A DNA stretch of 59,851 nucleotides, the filler included, from Catajapyx aquilonaris (Eukaryota), in assembly GCA_000934665.2 (NCBI GenBank). It is 3 parts of 3 records of this genome, joined end to end, with 100 filler letters (N's around TTAATTAATTAA, not from the genome) between each part and the next. Parts side by side here need not be neighbours in the genome. Positions count along the whole stretch, not along the records: positions 1 to 19,838 come from JYFJ02006380.1; positions 19,939 to 39,771 come from JYFJ02006381.1; 1 more part is not named here. One strand, given 5' to 3'. Both the position numbers and the translations under genes were made by a program. Below the pieces are notes generated by a model that worked only from the letters and a program-made list of their open reading frames with translations, was not told where the DNA came from and ran no database searches. This document shows positions 11,401 to 22,900 of this stretch, piece by piece; the first letter of the stretch is position 1; each line of letters opens with the position of its first letter.

Positions 11401-13793
11401 AGAATCAATAGTGGTTCTGGAATGGGTCTGATTTCCTTAGTGCTGTGTAAATGACAGCAATACTGTACCTGTTTATAGTGGAGTTACTCTTATCGAAGAA
11501 ATGTTTCCTACTGAACAGGTTTCTGGTATCTATGTCGGTGTCTTGAAAATCCTCTGCTGGCACCAAACAAAAGTTCCGTAATGGACACGTTTATGGTGCA
11601 GCTAGTGTCCATTTTATAAAGGCTTCACTGCATTAGTAAATGTAAAATTCTATAGTTAAGTGACTCACTATGCATATTCTTACAAAAAGGGAAGGAATTA
11701 TGTGAAGTTGAGTGATTAATGGAATCTTTTTTTGTATAAAAGCTTTTATTATTTTAGTTTATGAAATTAGAATATGCAGAGTACATGACATTTAAAGATA
11801 AATTTCCTTCCCTACAGGTGGTGCTGTAGCAATAGATCTATGCAGCAGGAAGGAGTATTCAGATAAAGTAGCCTGCCTCTTGGTGGAAAACACCTTCACT
11901 AACATCCCTGAGATAGCACGGGTCCTGTTCAACTTCAATGCCCTTCGTTATGTCCCCAAGTGGTGTTATAAGAACCAGTTCCAGTCACGATGGAAAGTGC
12001 CCCGTGTACAGATTCCAGTGCTTTTTGTGTCTGGTTTGTCAGATGGACTTATACCTCCTAGAATGATGGTGGAGCTGTATCAGCTCTGCAGCAGCTCTCT
12101 CAAGAGGTTGGCACAATTTGAGACTGGAACCCACAATGAGACCTGGCTTTGTCCTGGGTATTACCACACCATCAACATGTTCATTGATGATGTAAGTTGA
12201 CGACTTAGCACTGGTTGCATGAACAAAAGTAATACAAACTGCGTAGTCTTCACATAACCAATAGTTAGCAAGGAGAGCGTTGTATGAGCAAAAGTCGGCT
12301 CTTAACTTTGGGGCAAACTCTCAAGCAGCGACACAGCTAATTTTACACATTATGCAGTCATGTTAGGTGGTGGTCATGTGACTGTTTGAACTAATGGGGT
12401 ACAAGCACAAGGGAGGATCATGGGTGGAATGGGCCTGATGATGTTCACAATTTTTGTTAACTCAATTGTTAAGTTAACCTCAAATGCTCTCATACAACGT
12501 GACACCCAGTAACTTGTACAGTGGAGCATCGATTATCCGAACAGAATCTGCCCAGGGGGTGTTCGGATAACTGATTGTTCGGATAACCGATCATTTACGG
12601 GGGAAAATTGTACCAGTGTCATAGGAGCAATATGAAACTAAGAAGCAGTGATATTAACCACAAAACTGCATATTTTCTGTCACAGGCATGTCTTAAAAAT
12701 ACTGTACATATACCTTAGTGTCCTTACATGAAGTAATCCTACAGTTTAGGGGAAAAAAGGCCAATTTTTGTCGACCTGAAAACGTTTCGTTGATCGGTGT
12801 TCGGATAATTGATGCTCCACTGTATAACAACTTTAGTAATAAGGAAAGATTTGAAGACCTCAGGGGAAGAATGATCAAAGTCCACTTTTTGTCAAAAATG
12901 AGTTACATATCTCAGAAGATACTTTCACTAGTGTAGAATATGATGGTTTGGTGGTGGTTGTGGAGTAATGATTATATGTCACTATGGAAGGCCCCGAAAA
13001 TTGGATTTACAATAGAACCAGGTTATGGGCCTTCGAAATTTAAAATAGGAATATCTCAGTTTCGCCTGAGGTGGACCTTGATCGTTGTTCCCCCGACGTC
13101 GTCATTTGCACCTTGTGCATGCAAAACAAATTAGCATCATGCTAAAGAGTGTGGAAGATGCAATTTTATAAATATGGAAAGCTGAAAACAAATCATTTAC
13201 ATTTTGGAATACAAAAATTTTACTTTGTTTTTGGAGTGGTGTTCACTGCTCTCAACTGGAGGGCCATGTAGAGTCCATTAATTTTAAAAAAAAGGTTTAT
13301 TGCATAATTTGGTGTGAAATTGCCATGCTTCGTTAGAGCCCCATTCAAAAGTTGAAAATTTTCGAATCAACACAAGTACAATATGGAAGGATACTTTTTT
13401 TCCCTGCCCTTTTACTCTTTGTTTTGACCCAGGTGACAATTCTGTGCAGGGTTTTCATCATTAAGGACTTTTGTTGAAGGTAACTTTTATTTTGGAAAAT
13501 TTTGGAGGAAAGAAAACTTGCATCTGACTGTTCTGCACCAGTAATGTTTTGCAGTTATTGTATGCCTACTTAAATATTGAGATCCTCAGGCCACAATGAA
13601 AAGCTAGTGATTCCAGGAGCAATATCAATGTACATTTGCACAGTCAGTCATGATAATGGAGAGAAGTGTAATACAATAGCATATTGTGATTTTGACTTTG
13701 CAGGTGATTTTTACAACCCAGGGCTGCCCAAGGCAGAAGCATCCAGCTCACCTAGCAGGAGTCATAGTAGATAAGCCTCATCATGTTGTCTAG
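8464..13793 (+). CDS. ABHD13: Alpha/beta-hydrolase domain protein 13; coding exons 8464-8773, 10682-10913, 11201-11394, 11818-12191, 13704-13793
   Basis: Transmembrane segment, then LLFHP, FLHGNAGNVGHR, EYRGYGRS..PSEEGLYLDSQA, FGRSLGGAVA (GxSxG), VENTFT, SGLSDGLIPP and GTHNETW, which fit the ABHD13 signature. Splice phases are consistent; the last exon is less certain. Confidence 0.92.
8893..9170 (-). mobile_element. 5'-truncated LINE (ORF2 C-terminus, 3' UTR stem-loop and (TTGA)n tail)
   Basis: The minus strand reads LSECPIFEGGR...RRM*. Stem-loop CCTCCCTAT/ATAGGGAGG at 8927-8950, AATAAA, then a microsatellite tail. 15-bp TSD CACATGGCT(C/A)AAATT at 8878-8892 and 9171-9185. Confidence 0.75.
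12276..12500. mobile_element. Degenerate TIR element (possibly PIF/Harbinger-like MITE)
   Basis: Inverted CGTTGTATGAG / CTCATACAACG with internal TAACTT/TAAGTTA motifs. No clear TSD. Confidence 0.35.
12519..12822. mobile_element. pogo/Tigger-like MITE
   Basis: 25-bp TIRs CAGTGGAGCATC(G/A)ATTATCCGAACA with one mismatch; TA on both sides. Confidence 0.88.
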
Positions 13794-15036
13794 CATTCAC
13801 TATGCCAAAGTTGGATCTGTTTTGTGACTCATCTCAAAGAACAGACCGACAAGATCACATTTTGTTCTTGTTGTCGAGAATTGTTGTTGGAAACTGCATT
13901 GTGATTTCTTCTGCAATACCATACCAAACAAGTGAGGCCACATTTTGTGCTAGTCAATTACTGACTTCTGTTAACACAGCTCTAGCGATGTATTAATGTC
14001 ACTACTTAACCAAAACCAAAGACTAAGTAGTCTGTGAGGTGCCTTGACTGCAACAATATTAACGATTCACTTGCCTTTTAATGACCACTTGTGATAATAA
14101 TCAAGAGTGTGAAAAGTCGTGATTGAGAATAAACCCCAGGAATGGCTGTAGAATGATTTATGCAACATCATAATATTGTGTATTATTTATTAAGTTTTAG
14201 CAGTGGAGTGTGGAATGTAGAACTAGCACAAAGAGTGCAAATATGCCATTATAATATAGGATAACCTGCCTGTAACATACCCTTTATACAGTGGACACTT
14301 GTCCATTTTAGAACCTTTGATTAGCTCCAGAAGATTGTCAATCAGTGGACTGAGTAAAGTTGTGCCTGCCGGAGAATAACTACATTTTGTGAGATTATTT
14401 TGTCTGCAGAACCTGCAAAAACAAATTATCCGTTTACAAAATTGTGATCTGCGAATTCTATAATCCCCTGAGAAAAATTCTGATAGTGTTGCAAGATGGT
14501 GAGCATAATTTAAAAAACATAACTGATTGATTATTATTGCCAACCTATCGACCAAAATGTGTTGACTTTTTATCTGAGTCCCTACTTCCCACACTTTATA
14601 TTATGAACTTCTGTTCCATCTCACGTGGCACACACATTATACTTGCTGTCACATGCAAATGTGCAAATGCGATAGGTAGGAGAGGGGAAACTAGTGTCCA
14701 ACACACTGCACTGTGTCATTTTGACAGTACCATACGCTCGCAAATTGACAACTTGAAGTTAGTCGCCAAATGGTGCTGACAGAGCCATCTGTAGTGTTTC
14801 CCCGTCAACACCGGTCATGTGGGCGACGATGGGAGGAGTTTGCAGGGCGGAAGAGTGGTGGGGACGGGAGGGCGGCGCTGCGCTGGCGCCACTGCCCCGA
14901 CTGCCCCTTACCCGCATTGTGTCGCGTGCTGCGTGACTGTGTGTGAGTGAGTGAGTGAAACAGGCCGACCCACACCCGGCGGGACACTGCCACCGCTGTC
15001 GTCCCCACCAGACACACGAGCGACACTTGTTTCGCC

Positions 15037-16602
15037 ATGGCACACATCGTCATCGAGGCCCTTCTGAGCCTCCTGCACGCGATCTACGTCGCGCTGAAAG
15101 GTCTGGTGCTGCGTTGCTTCCCGAGCTCGTACAGGTTCAAGGATGTCTCCAGGGACATTGTCCTGGTCACAGGCGCAGGGTCCGGCATCGGGCGCCTGAT
15201 GGCCGTACAGCTGGCTTCCTTGGGGTCCACTATCGTCTGCTGGGATATCAACAAACAGGGTGCGTGTCCACTCTGACTATTGGCGGACAACTCTGTCCGA
15301 CTGTCCGATTCGGTCTTTTCTTTGTCCCATCCAGGCAATGATGAGACGGTGCGGGAGATAGTGGAATCTGGAGGGAAGGCCAAAGGTTATGTTTGCGACG
15401 TAAGTTCCAGGGAGGCTATCTACAGGACCGCTGCCACGGTGAAGGAAGAGGTTGGAAAGGTAAGAATGGGCGACGGATGCCGATACGATTAGGAGGGTCA
15501 AAGGTCGGACCTTCCCTTTTGTTACCTATACTCCACATTGTGTAAACCGAAGACTGTTATCTGGTTCAGCTTGATAACCGTAAAGGGGTGAAAGGTTGAA
15601 GGGCCTTCTATTCCGGTATCATTTTCTCTGCGGGGGTGGAGGGGCTTCACACACACATACAAAGGACACAAAGAGATATGGGAGATATACGATTCAAAAG
15701 ACCACGTGCTACAAGTTCGATGCCAACACTGTCGTTCACCGGTCTATCGTTGATGTCAAGTTGAACGCGACCACCAGCAGTTGAACATACTTATTGTATA
15801 TCATATCAACATGTTGACCTGTGACTTGTTGATTGGCTCTCGATCAATGAGTCACATTGAGGAGGGCAAAAGTGATTACCCCTTGTTGTTGAGTTGATTG
15901 CAGTATGGGGATTTAAAATTATTCAGATCTGAAAATATTGTTAGTTATTATCTGCTACAAGCTTGAATTCGCCACATGCTATACTGAATGCCTGAAATAT
16001 GATACGTGCAATATGGTGCGACATATGGGAACGAGTCATACATCTGAGCTAGTAGACTGTCATTTTTTGCTGAATGAGTTATCTCGTACTGTACGCAATG
16101 AAAAGGCAAACGGTCGCATCCTGTAGTACGGCACCCCCGACCATTGATTGCATTCATGATGGCATTATGATTAAGCAATTGTGAATAGCCAGTCAAACTC
16201 TCCTGCTAACTGCTAAAATAAGTACAGAACTGTAGCTTAATGCCAACAAATTGCCATGTTAGTCGGACAAGTATTTTGGATCACCCTGTATTGTTATAAA
16301 TTTTGGTACTTTTCCCCCGCGTAGAAATATGTACTGTACATTCATTATTTCTCATCCGGATTAAAAGTCGGGCATTGTTCATGGTAAACGATGATTTCCC
16401 GGATGCATAACCACTTTCCGTACTTTTTATTATACTTCGACTTGATCCTTACTCCCCGGAATTCACTTGTATACCCTGCCACACTTTTCAGGTGTCCATC
16501 TTAATCAACAACGCTGGAGTTGTGACCGGGAAGCCGCTTCTGGACTGTCCAGACCATCTCATCCAGCGCACTTTCGATGTCAATTCTCTTGCACCTTTCT
16601 GG
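15037..16602 (+). CDS. Short-chain dehydrogenase/reductase, SDR16C (epidermal retinol dehydrogenase 2 / 17-beta-HSD11-like), 5' part only; exons 15037-15259, 15335-15459, 16492-16602
   Basis: N-terminal hydrophobic anchor, VLVTGAGSGIGR (TGxxxGxG), CWDINKQGNDET, YVCDVS, ILINNAGVVTGK and TFDVNSLAPFW, followed by a GT donor. I did not find the catalytic YxxxK exon in the window. Confidence 0.9.
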
Positions 16603-17908
16603 GTAAGACAAAGTTTTCCACTGTCCGTGCGATGTTGTGTAAGCAGTAAGATGACGTACCCTGTAGCATTCATGATATTCATCATATCCTTCCGTCTCAC
16701 GCACACATAAGCACTAATCGATGTCACCCTAATTCGAAGCTCTGGCAATATGATGATTCATGCTGAGTGTTCAAAAAGCACCCGGTCACAGGGTGAAGGT
16801 TGGCTCGTCCGCTATCATGAGTTTAATTTTAGACCGTAAAAGTTGGAGGATAATAGATCGAGAGGATGAAGCAAACAAAGGGCGTGGCCTCCATGTCCTT
16901 CCCATGCACTCAGAATGACAGATTTATTTATTTATTCACACCCGACGTAAAATATTTCATGGCATGTGGTACCAAAACGCATTAATAAGAGCTGGACCAT
17001 TCTCATTATATTTGACAGCGTTATATGCAAATAATTGATACAGTGTACTACATGTAAGCAGATGTCACTCTTGATATAGTGTTAAAAAGTTGTGTCGATA
17101 AAGATAGGCCAGGAATGAGGCGTAGAAAGTGTAGAAAGATATGGGGGAAAATAATCGATATGTTTGTGGATGTGATACGCGTTCGTAAACCCCTTGAGGT
17201 CGATATGATTTTAGTCTCTGATATGATCAATTAATAAGCAAGTATTTTCATGCACGCAGCAGCAGGATGTTGAATGACAGTGGGGTTGACTCTGGAGTAT
17301 AAATTGACGGTTTCTTTTGATACATGCTGCCGTTCAATTAAATCATGAATGGAGATGGTAAATAATATTATAAAAACGCCTTTGAGAGTTCTTGGGTTAC
17401 TGTATACCCCCACTAACTCGCTCGAATCCCAGAGTCTATTTTAAGGACGGAGAAGGGGTGATCCTTTGCTACTGCAAGGCAGTTTACACTTGTGAATGCG
17501 TGGTAATAATCCAGAAAAGGCCATTATACAATATGGAGCAATGGCATCGAGTTGCAGTTTCGACCAGGACTAAGCAGGAACGTCTATAAAATTCTGTGTA
17601 TCAAGGACAACGTAAAATTTGAGAATCATGGCAAAAGTGAAGAAATTCTTCCGGCGCCACACAATCACGGGCAATATAATGCAGGCTGAGCTAGACTTAT
17701 TTTACGAGCTATTGTTTGTGCCTAGAGCAGGCTGCAGGTGAAGGATTGGTTATCTTTGCAGTGGACTGTGCTGGAGCCTTTTCGTTAAGAAATTGGTTTT
17801 TACGTACAGTAGTGTTTCAGGACTTACCGGTAGTGTGACACAAGTAACATTATTTGTCTGCAGAGCCACTTTTCATGTACGGTATTATCGTATTATTAAG
17901 TGCCAGTT

Positions 17909-17979
17909 CAGAGCCTAACTTATAGAGTGAACATGCTCAGCTAACTTAGCGGAGCATGTTCACTCTATAATTAGGGCTT
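17909..17979. repeat. Fold-back palindrome (core of 25-bp arms at 17920-17970)
   Basis: TTATAGAGTGAACATGCTCAGCTAA-C-TTAGCGGAGCATGTTCACTCTATAA, apex at 17945. Confidence 0.85.
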
Positions 17980-18244
17980 TCAATTAAGTCTTTCAATATT
18001 ATTATGATAATAAGTGCAAGTCTCAATATCCGGCCAGGTATTATTTTCCGCATTTTTTAATTTTTTTTTAAATCCTTATAATATTGAAAACCTCAGATTT
18101 TCCTGCATGCTCTACGGTCTCCGGTTGTCTGTGCCTCGGGTCATATGCTCATTTTCCGCCTAGACTAGCTGCATTTTACCATACAGGTATGCCCAGCGTT
18201 GCATAACAGCGCAGGATACGAATTCAATTTCTCTTAGTCTGGAG

Positions 18245-18574
18245 CACGGTCTAGAAGGATAGGTCGGGAAACTCCCCGCCATCTTGCGATCCGTTACTCA
18301 ATCCCGCCGTGGCGCTGACTGGAGGTCGCCATGATGTGAACTGGATCGCGAACACATCCATATTGCGGCCATCTTGGTATACGCTATCGGTAGTAATCGG
18401 GAGGGGGGTCGCTGATAAACCTAGTAATCGGGAGGAGGGTTATGGCGAATGGAGTTGTTATGGCGAATGAACGACACGCACAGCGAGATTCCATTGTTTT
18501 TACTAGCGCCGCTGCGGGAAGGAATAACGGATCGGCCTTTTCTATTGCGCTGGGATAGAAGTGTCTAGGGGCTG
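18245..18574. mobile_element. Non-autonomous hAT-type element (MITE), copy 2
   Basis: 8-bp TSD GTCTGGAG at 18237-18244 and 18575-18582. Same ends and body as 2445-2742 except for a variable internal segment containing a duplicated TAGTAATCGGGAGG. Confidence 0.88.
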
Positions 18575-18615
18575 GTCTGGAGGATAGCAGAAGGCGAAAC
18601 TTCCTATCCGCATGG

Positions 18616-19680
18616 TTAGACGGAACAAAACCCAGCATCAGCTGTGTTCTCTGCAATAAACCGGTAGTAGCTGGAGAGCCTGGTGTAGACATCCGGATAT
18701 CTAGAGTCACCGCAAGCTCCTGAGATTCCGAAAGAGACGAGTCCGATCTGCGTCCATCGTCCTCTGCCTGTGCGAACCATCAGCGGACCACCGCTGTCCC
18801 CGTTGCAGGTACCCATGTTGGACCAACCCTTCTTCCTACAATATCAACAGAGACAAGTCAATCGAGAGCACATAGTGCATATGTCTATCAGAAAGAAGCA
18901 ACACACCTGTTTGTGCACACCATTGAAGGTTGGATCCGTCCTCCCAAGTTTCTCCATGCTGCTTGGCATACGCGGTTGCTTAGGATTTGGACTGATAACT
19001 CTATTAAAAAAAAATGCAGTCAAGGACCGGCATGTACGCAACTATACAAGACGAAATACCTCTTAGAATCCGAGGAAGCTGTCCCCGGTAGCTAATTCTT
19101 CCCCATCCAACGACGGTTGCATCGGTACCGGACAAGTTAGGTGCTGGAGGTCCAGGAAGGCAAATGGGCGCTGCATTCCTTCCGAATGTGACGGGCTCAT
19201 CAAGCTGAATCAAACCGACGTCATTGTATAAGCTGCCCGACTTGTATCCAGGATGAATAATCAATTTTTCTCCATTCCTTAAAATCGCCGAAGAATTTGG
19301 CTTGCGTCGATTGTTGGAACCTAGTCGAATCTTGACACTGCGGGGTCTGCGTATGCCTTCAAGGCAGTGAGCAGCGGTCAGGACGTACTGGTCGTTTATC
19401 AGGGAGGCTCCACAAAAGACTGGTTTTGAAATGCTTCAGTGTGAAGTCACATGCTAGGCAAAATATTGGGATATGATCATTTGAATCACTTACACCCAAC
19501 GTTCTTAAGGCTGAGAGAGGCCATCCATGGGTACTCGTTCGTCCCAGCTGTTTGGCCTCCAACTATCTTCTCAGCTTGGTCAGCGTAGATTTGCCCACCA
19601 CAGATGCAAGAAGGAAGTTGGGTAGAGGCAGGGTTGGTACCTATCCACAGAGTAAGAATGAATAGCACCAGGCCGGCCAT
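18616..19680 (-). CDS. Secreted S1A serine protease, 286 aa; exons 19680-19494, 19419-19060, 19000-18907, 18835-18616
   Basis: Signal peptide, CICG..EK|IVGG activation site, EYPWMASL, FCGASLIN, LTAAHC (His57), NDVGLI (Asp102), PICLP, GWG and GDSGGP (Ser195). Phases sum to 861 nt. Confidence 0.93.
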
Positions 19681-19838
19681 GTGTTGATTGTCAACTGACA
19701 ATACGATGCAAGATTCACGGATATTATACGTATGTAGGGCATTGTGCAGGGAAAAAAAACTTCATCACTCCAATTACTAACAATAATGTTCCTATTGTGT
19801 GCTGGAAATCTGGGATGTAACAGTGCCGCAACGAATGG

Positions 19839-19938
19839 NNNNNNNNNNNNNNNNNNNNNNNNNNNNNNNNNNNNNNNNNNNNTTAATTAATTAANNNNNN
19901 NNNNNNNNNNNNNNNNNNNNNNNNNNNNNNNNNNNNNN
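19839..19938. other. Assembly gap with artificial TTAATTAATTAA linker
   Basis: 44 N, then TTAATTAATTAA (stops in all frames), then 44 N. Confidence 0.97.
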
Positions 19939-22900
19939 TCTGAATCGGCCCTAGCAGGAGATGAGATTTTTAATATGGCGGCCGCAGGCACCTGCGATAT
20001 TACTCGAGCTCGAAATACAACCTGACTGGCTCCCAGCGATTGAATCGACTGCTAGCTCTCGTATGGAAAAGAAATTCGCTAAAAAAAAATGCGTAGGAGT
20101 AATAACACAAAAAATCGGCGCACCTGCTGCATTAGACCCGATGTGGGAATCTCCGGATGAGATTATTTACAGCTGTTAGTGATATGCGAAAATAGTTCAA
20201 AGGGTAGTTATCGGTGCTTGGAATATTCGCGTAGTCTGAGGTTGAGACCGTCAAATGCAGAATGCCAGATGCAGGGTTTTGAGAGGAGCGATGAAAACAA
20301 TTGGTTATTTTGAAGCTTCCTTTCTGAATCATCGGAGGGGCCTTTCCCCACTTGACTTGATAACAGTTCGTTGTATCCAGGTGCCCGCATTGTTCCTGGC
20401 ACATGATGGACCGAATTTCGATCACGTCATCGCCACAATTCCAATCCACCTACACCCGTTTTCTACATGAAAGGTAGTATAGTAGATTATTGGTATGTAT
20501 GCTTACTGCATGCTTACAAAGTGTTTTGATGCCGAATGCTGAAATATTAATATTTAGTTGATAACAAGCCATAAATAATGTTACTGCATCTTATAAATCA
20601 ATTAATCATTATTCACTAACCAATTAGTAACTATCAATGAAAACTGTTAGTTAATTTAACATTTAAGTTGAATTGCAATGTGCCCCAGATATCAGACGAT
20701 CAGCTGATGAGACACAAGAGATGCTTTATGTCAAATATTTGTCTTCTTCCAAATTGACGAGAGAAGCGCTGTAAATATCGTGTTTACCATAGGGGCATAT
20801 TTCTTCCTTGACGAAATGAGAGTTTTTTTGTGTGTGCGCAGAATTCTGAGTTTTCCATCGAGGCGGGTTTGAAACGCCGAAAGAGACTGATTGTATCTGT
20901 ATTCACCGGGCACTGCGCTCTTTTGTGGCCAGCAAAAAATGTTGCGCACATAGGATTTCCACATCGCTCTGCTGCAAAATGAAATATGATCCTAGTTGCG
21001 GGTTGGAAAGTTCAGTTATCAAACGATTCCGACTGTCCTCCATCAAATTGTTGACAATCCTATATATTCAAGCGGATGTTACGATCAAGTGTATAGCTAT
21101 TCAGCAGCATGTCTGCCACGTTGCGAATATTCTACAAAATGGTACAGTACCTGGAATAACTCCTATTTTCTCTGCTCTTAAATGAGGACCGGATGGTGCC
21201 CGTAATTAAATCTGTTCCAAAGAATCCTCTCAAGAAACGCGCCTTAGAACAGACAAAAAACCATCAGCAGTGTAGACATAAGGAAAATCATTAATAAGGT
21301 TTAGCTAATGGAATTTTTAATTGGGTTAGGCACGCAATGAACTGGCAGCTTGCTTAAATAGACGTTTCCCGCTATCTCACAGCCGAGTTCCTTTTCCGGC
21401 CTGATCAGCGTCACCCAACGCCATGTTTATTAATTCTGGTGGCGCTACCGTCGCCCCAATAAAGAACAAGAGCAAAAAATGGGAACAAAGGGAACGCGTC
21501 TCGCGGGATATCTCATTTGGGCAGCAAGTTTCACAAAAGGACAGCGAAGCAGAAACAGTCCATCCGATTCTTGAAAGCGTGGTATCAGGGCTTGGCAAAC
21601 AGGCTTGCCGAATATCAAAGGGAGGTGACTCCCAAAATGCTTGGCGTAGTTGCTAGTGGTCGAGATCAAAGTCAAAAGATGCATGCAGGGGGGCTTCAAC
21701 TTAGCAGTTATAAGTACTTGAACTTTGGAGCGATGGGAGAATCAGGCATTTCATCTTCTGCACTTCAATTAATCAGCTCGAAGTAACAGGTCACGAGAGT
21801 TTAGGAATGTCACTTTTGTTCGCCATCGTTCAAATGGACAAGAACCTTTTTAATAACTGCTCTTTCATTTCATTCTGCGAATTCTATTGAACCAAAGTGG
21901 CCTCTCCATATATGAAATAATCAACCCAGGGCAAGCACCACATATGTGATGCCGTGCTTAAATCGCGGTCATACTGGCGACGCATAAACCAGTGTGAAAA
22001 AATACCCTACACTCTCTGTAGTTTAATGTGGCTTAACGCAATTCCATATTGGCAGTAGCCTTGTTGATCATTTTATAGAATGAATGAATTTACGGCCAAC
22101 GATCAAGCGGTGGGTTCTCCCATATGCTCTAATCATGTGGCATTAGGCACAAAAGGAGCATACTCTATATACAGGCTCTGAATGAGGTGGACAGTGCTCT
22201 ATTGAAGTTTGGTATGGAAAAAAAAGAGGCGAGGGGTCACTCACGTGATTAATCTGACATTAATGGGGTTTAGATTGCAAGGGCTGGAAGGTATAGGTCG
22301 TCAAAATGGAATGCGTGTAAAAGTCCATTGATGGAATCGGACGCATATATGACATCCGACTGATCATGCCGAATGCTAGGGCGATGGAAGTGTTGTGTTT
22401 GTTAATAAAGTCAAATGCGACTTGAAACGAAATGCATGTACGGTTTTAACAACAGCCCCTTATCCGGAAACCGGACCGTAAAGCGTTGCAGACCCATTCG
22501 TATTAATTTGCTATATTACCAGCCAGCATATGTGTACACACATATCCCACATTTGGTCCAAAACAGTGGTACCCCGTACACGGTGTCGGGAGGCCTTAAT
22601 GCAATTATCTGCTAACGTTTTACGACCCAAATAGATTAACCAATCATGGGCTAGTGCTGGTGTAAATGGTGATAGAGAGGGTGGTGATGTGCTAGAGGGG
22701 GAAAAAAAAGGGGGGGGGGGTCTTATTAGGCATTTTGGATGCCGTGACTAGGAATGCCGTGTTTTAAGCCCGTGTTACACGCGGGGTGTGCATTTATTGG
22801 TGTTTTAGGCCTCTTAGGAGGTTCGGAAAATGTTGGGTCGTAAAAAGAACGTGGAGTGCTTTAAGGATGGCGTGCGTTGGGCGATAGGCAAATTGGGACA

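Noticed and set aside
19883..19894. TTAATTAATTAA palindrome inside N runs (also at 39816-39827)
   Set aside because: Identical, centred within 100-nt gaps and a stop in all frames, so it is an assembly linker and not biology.
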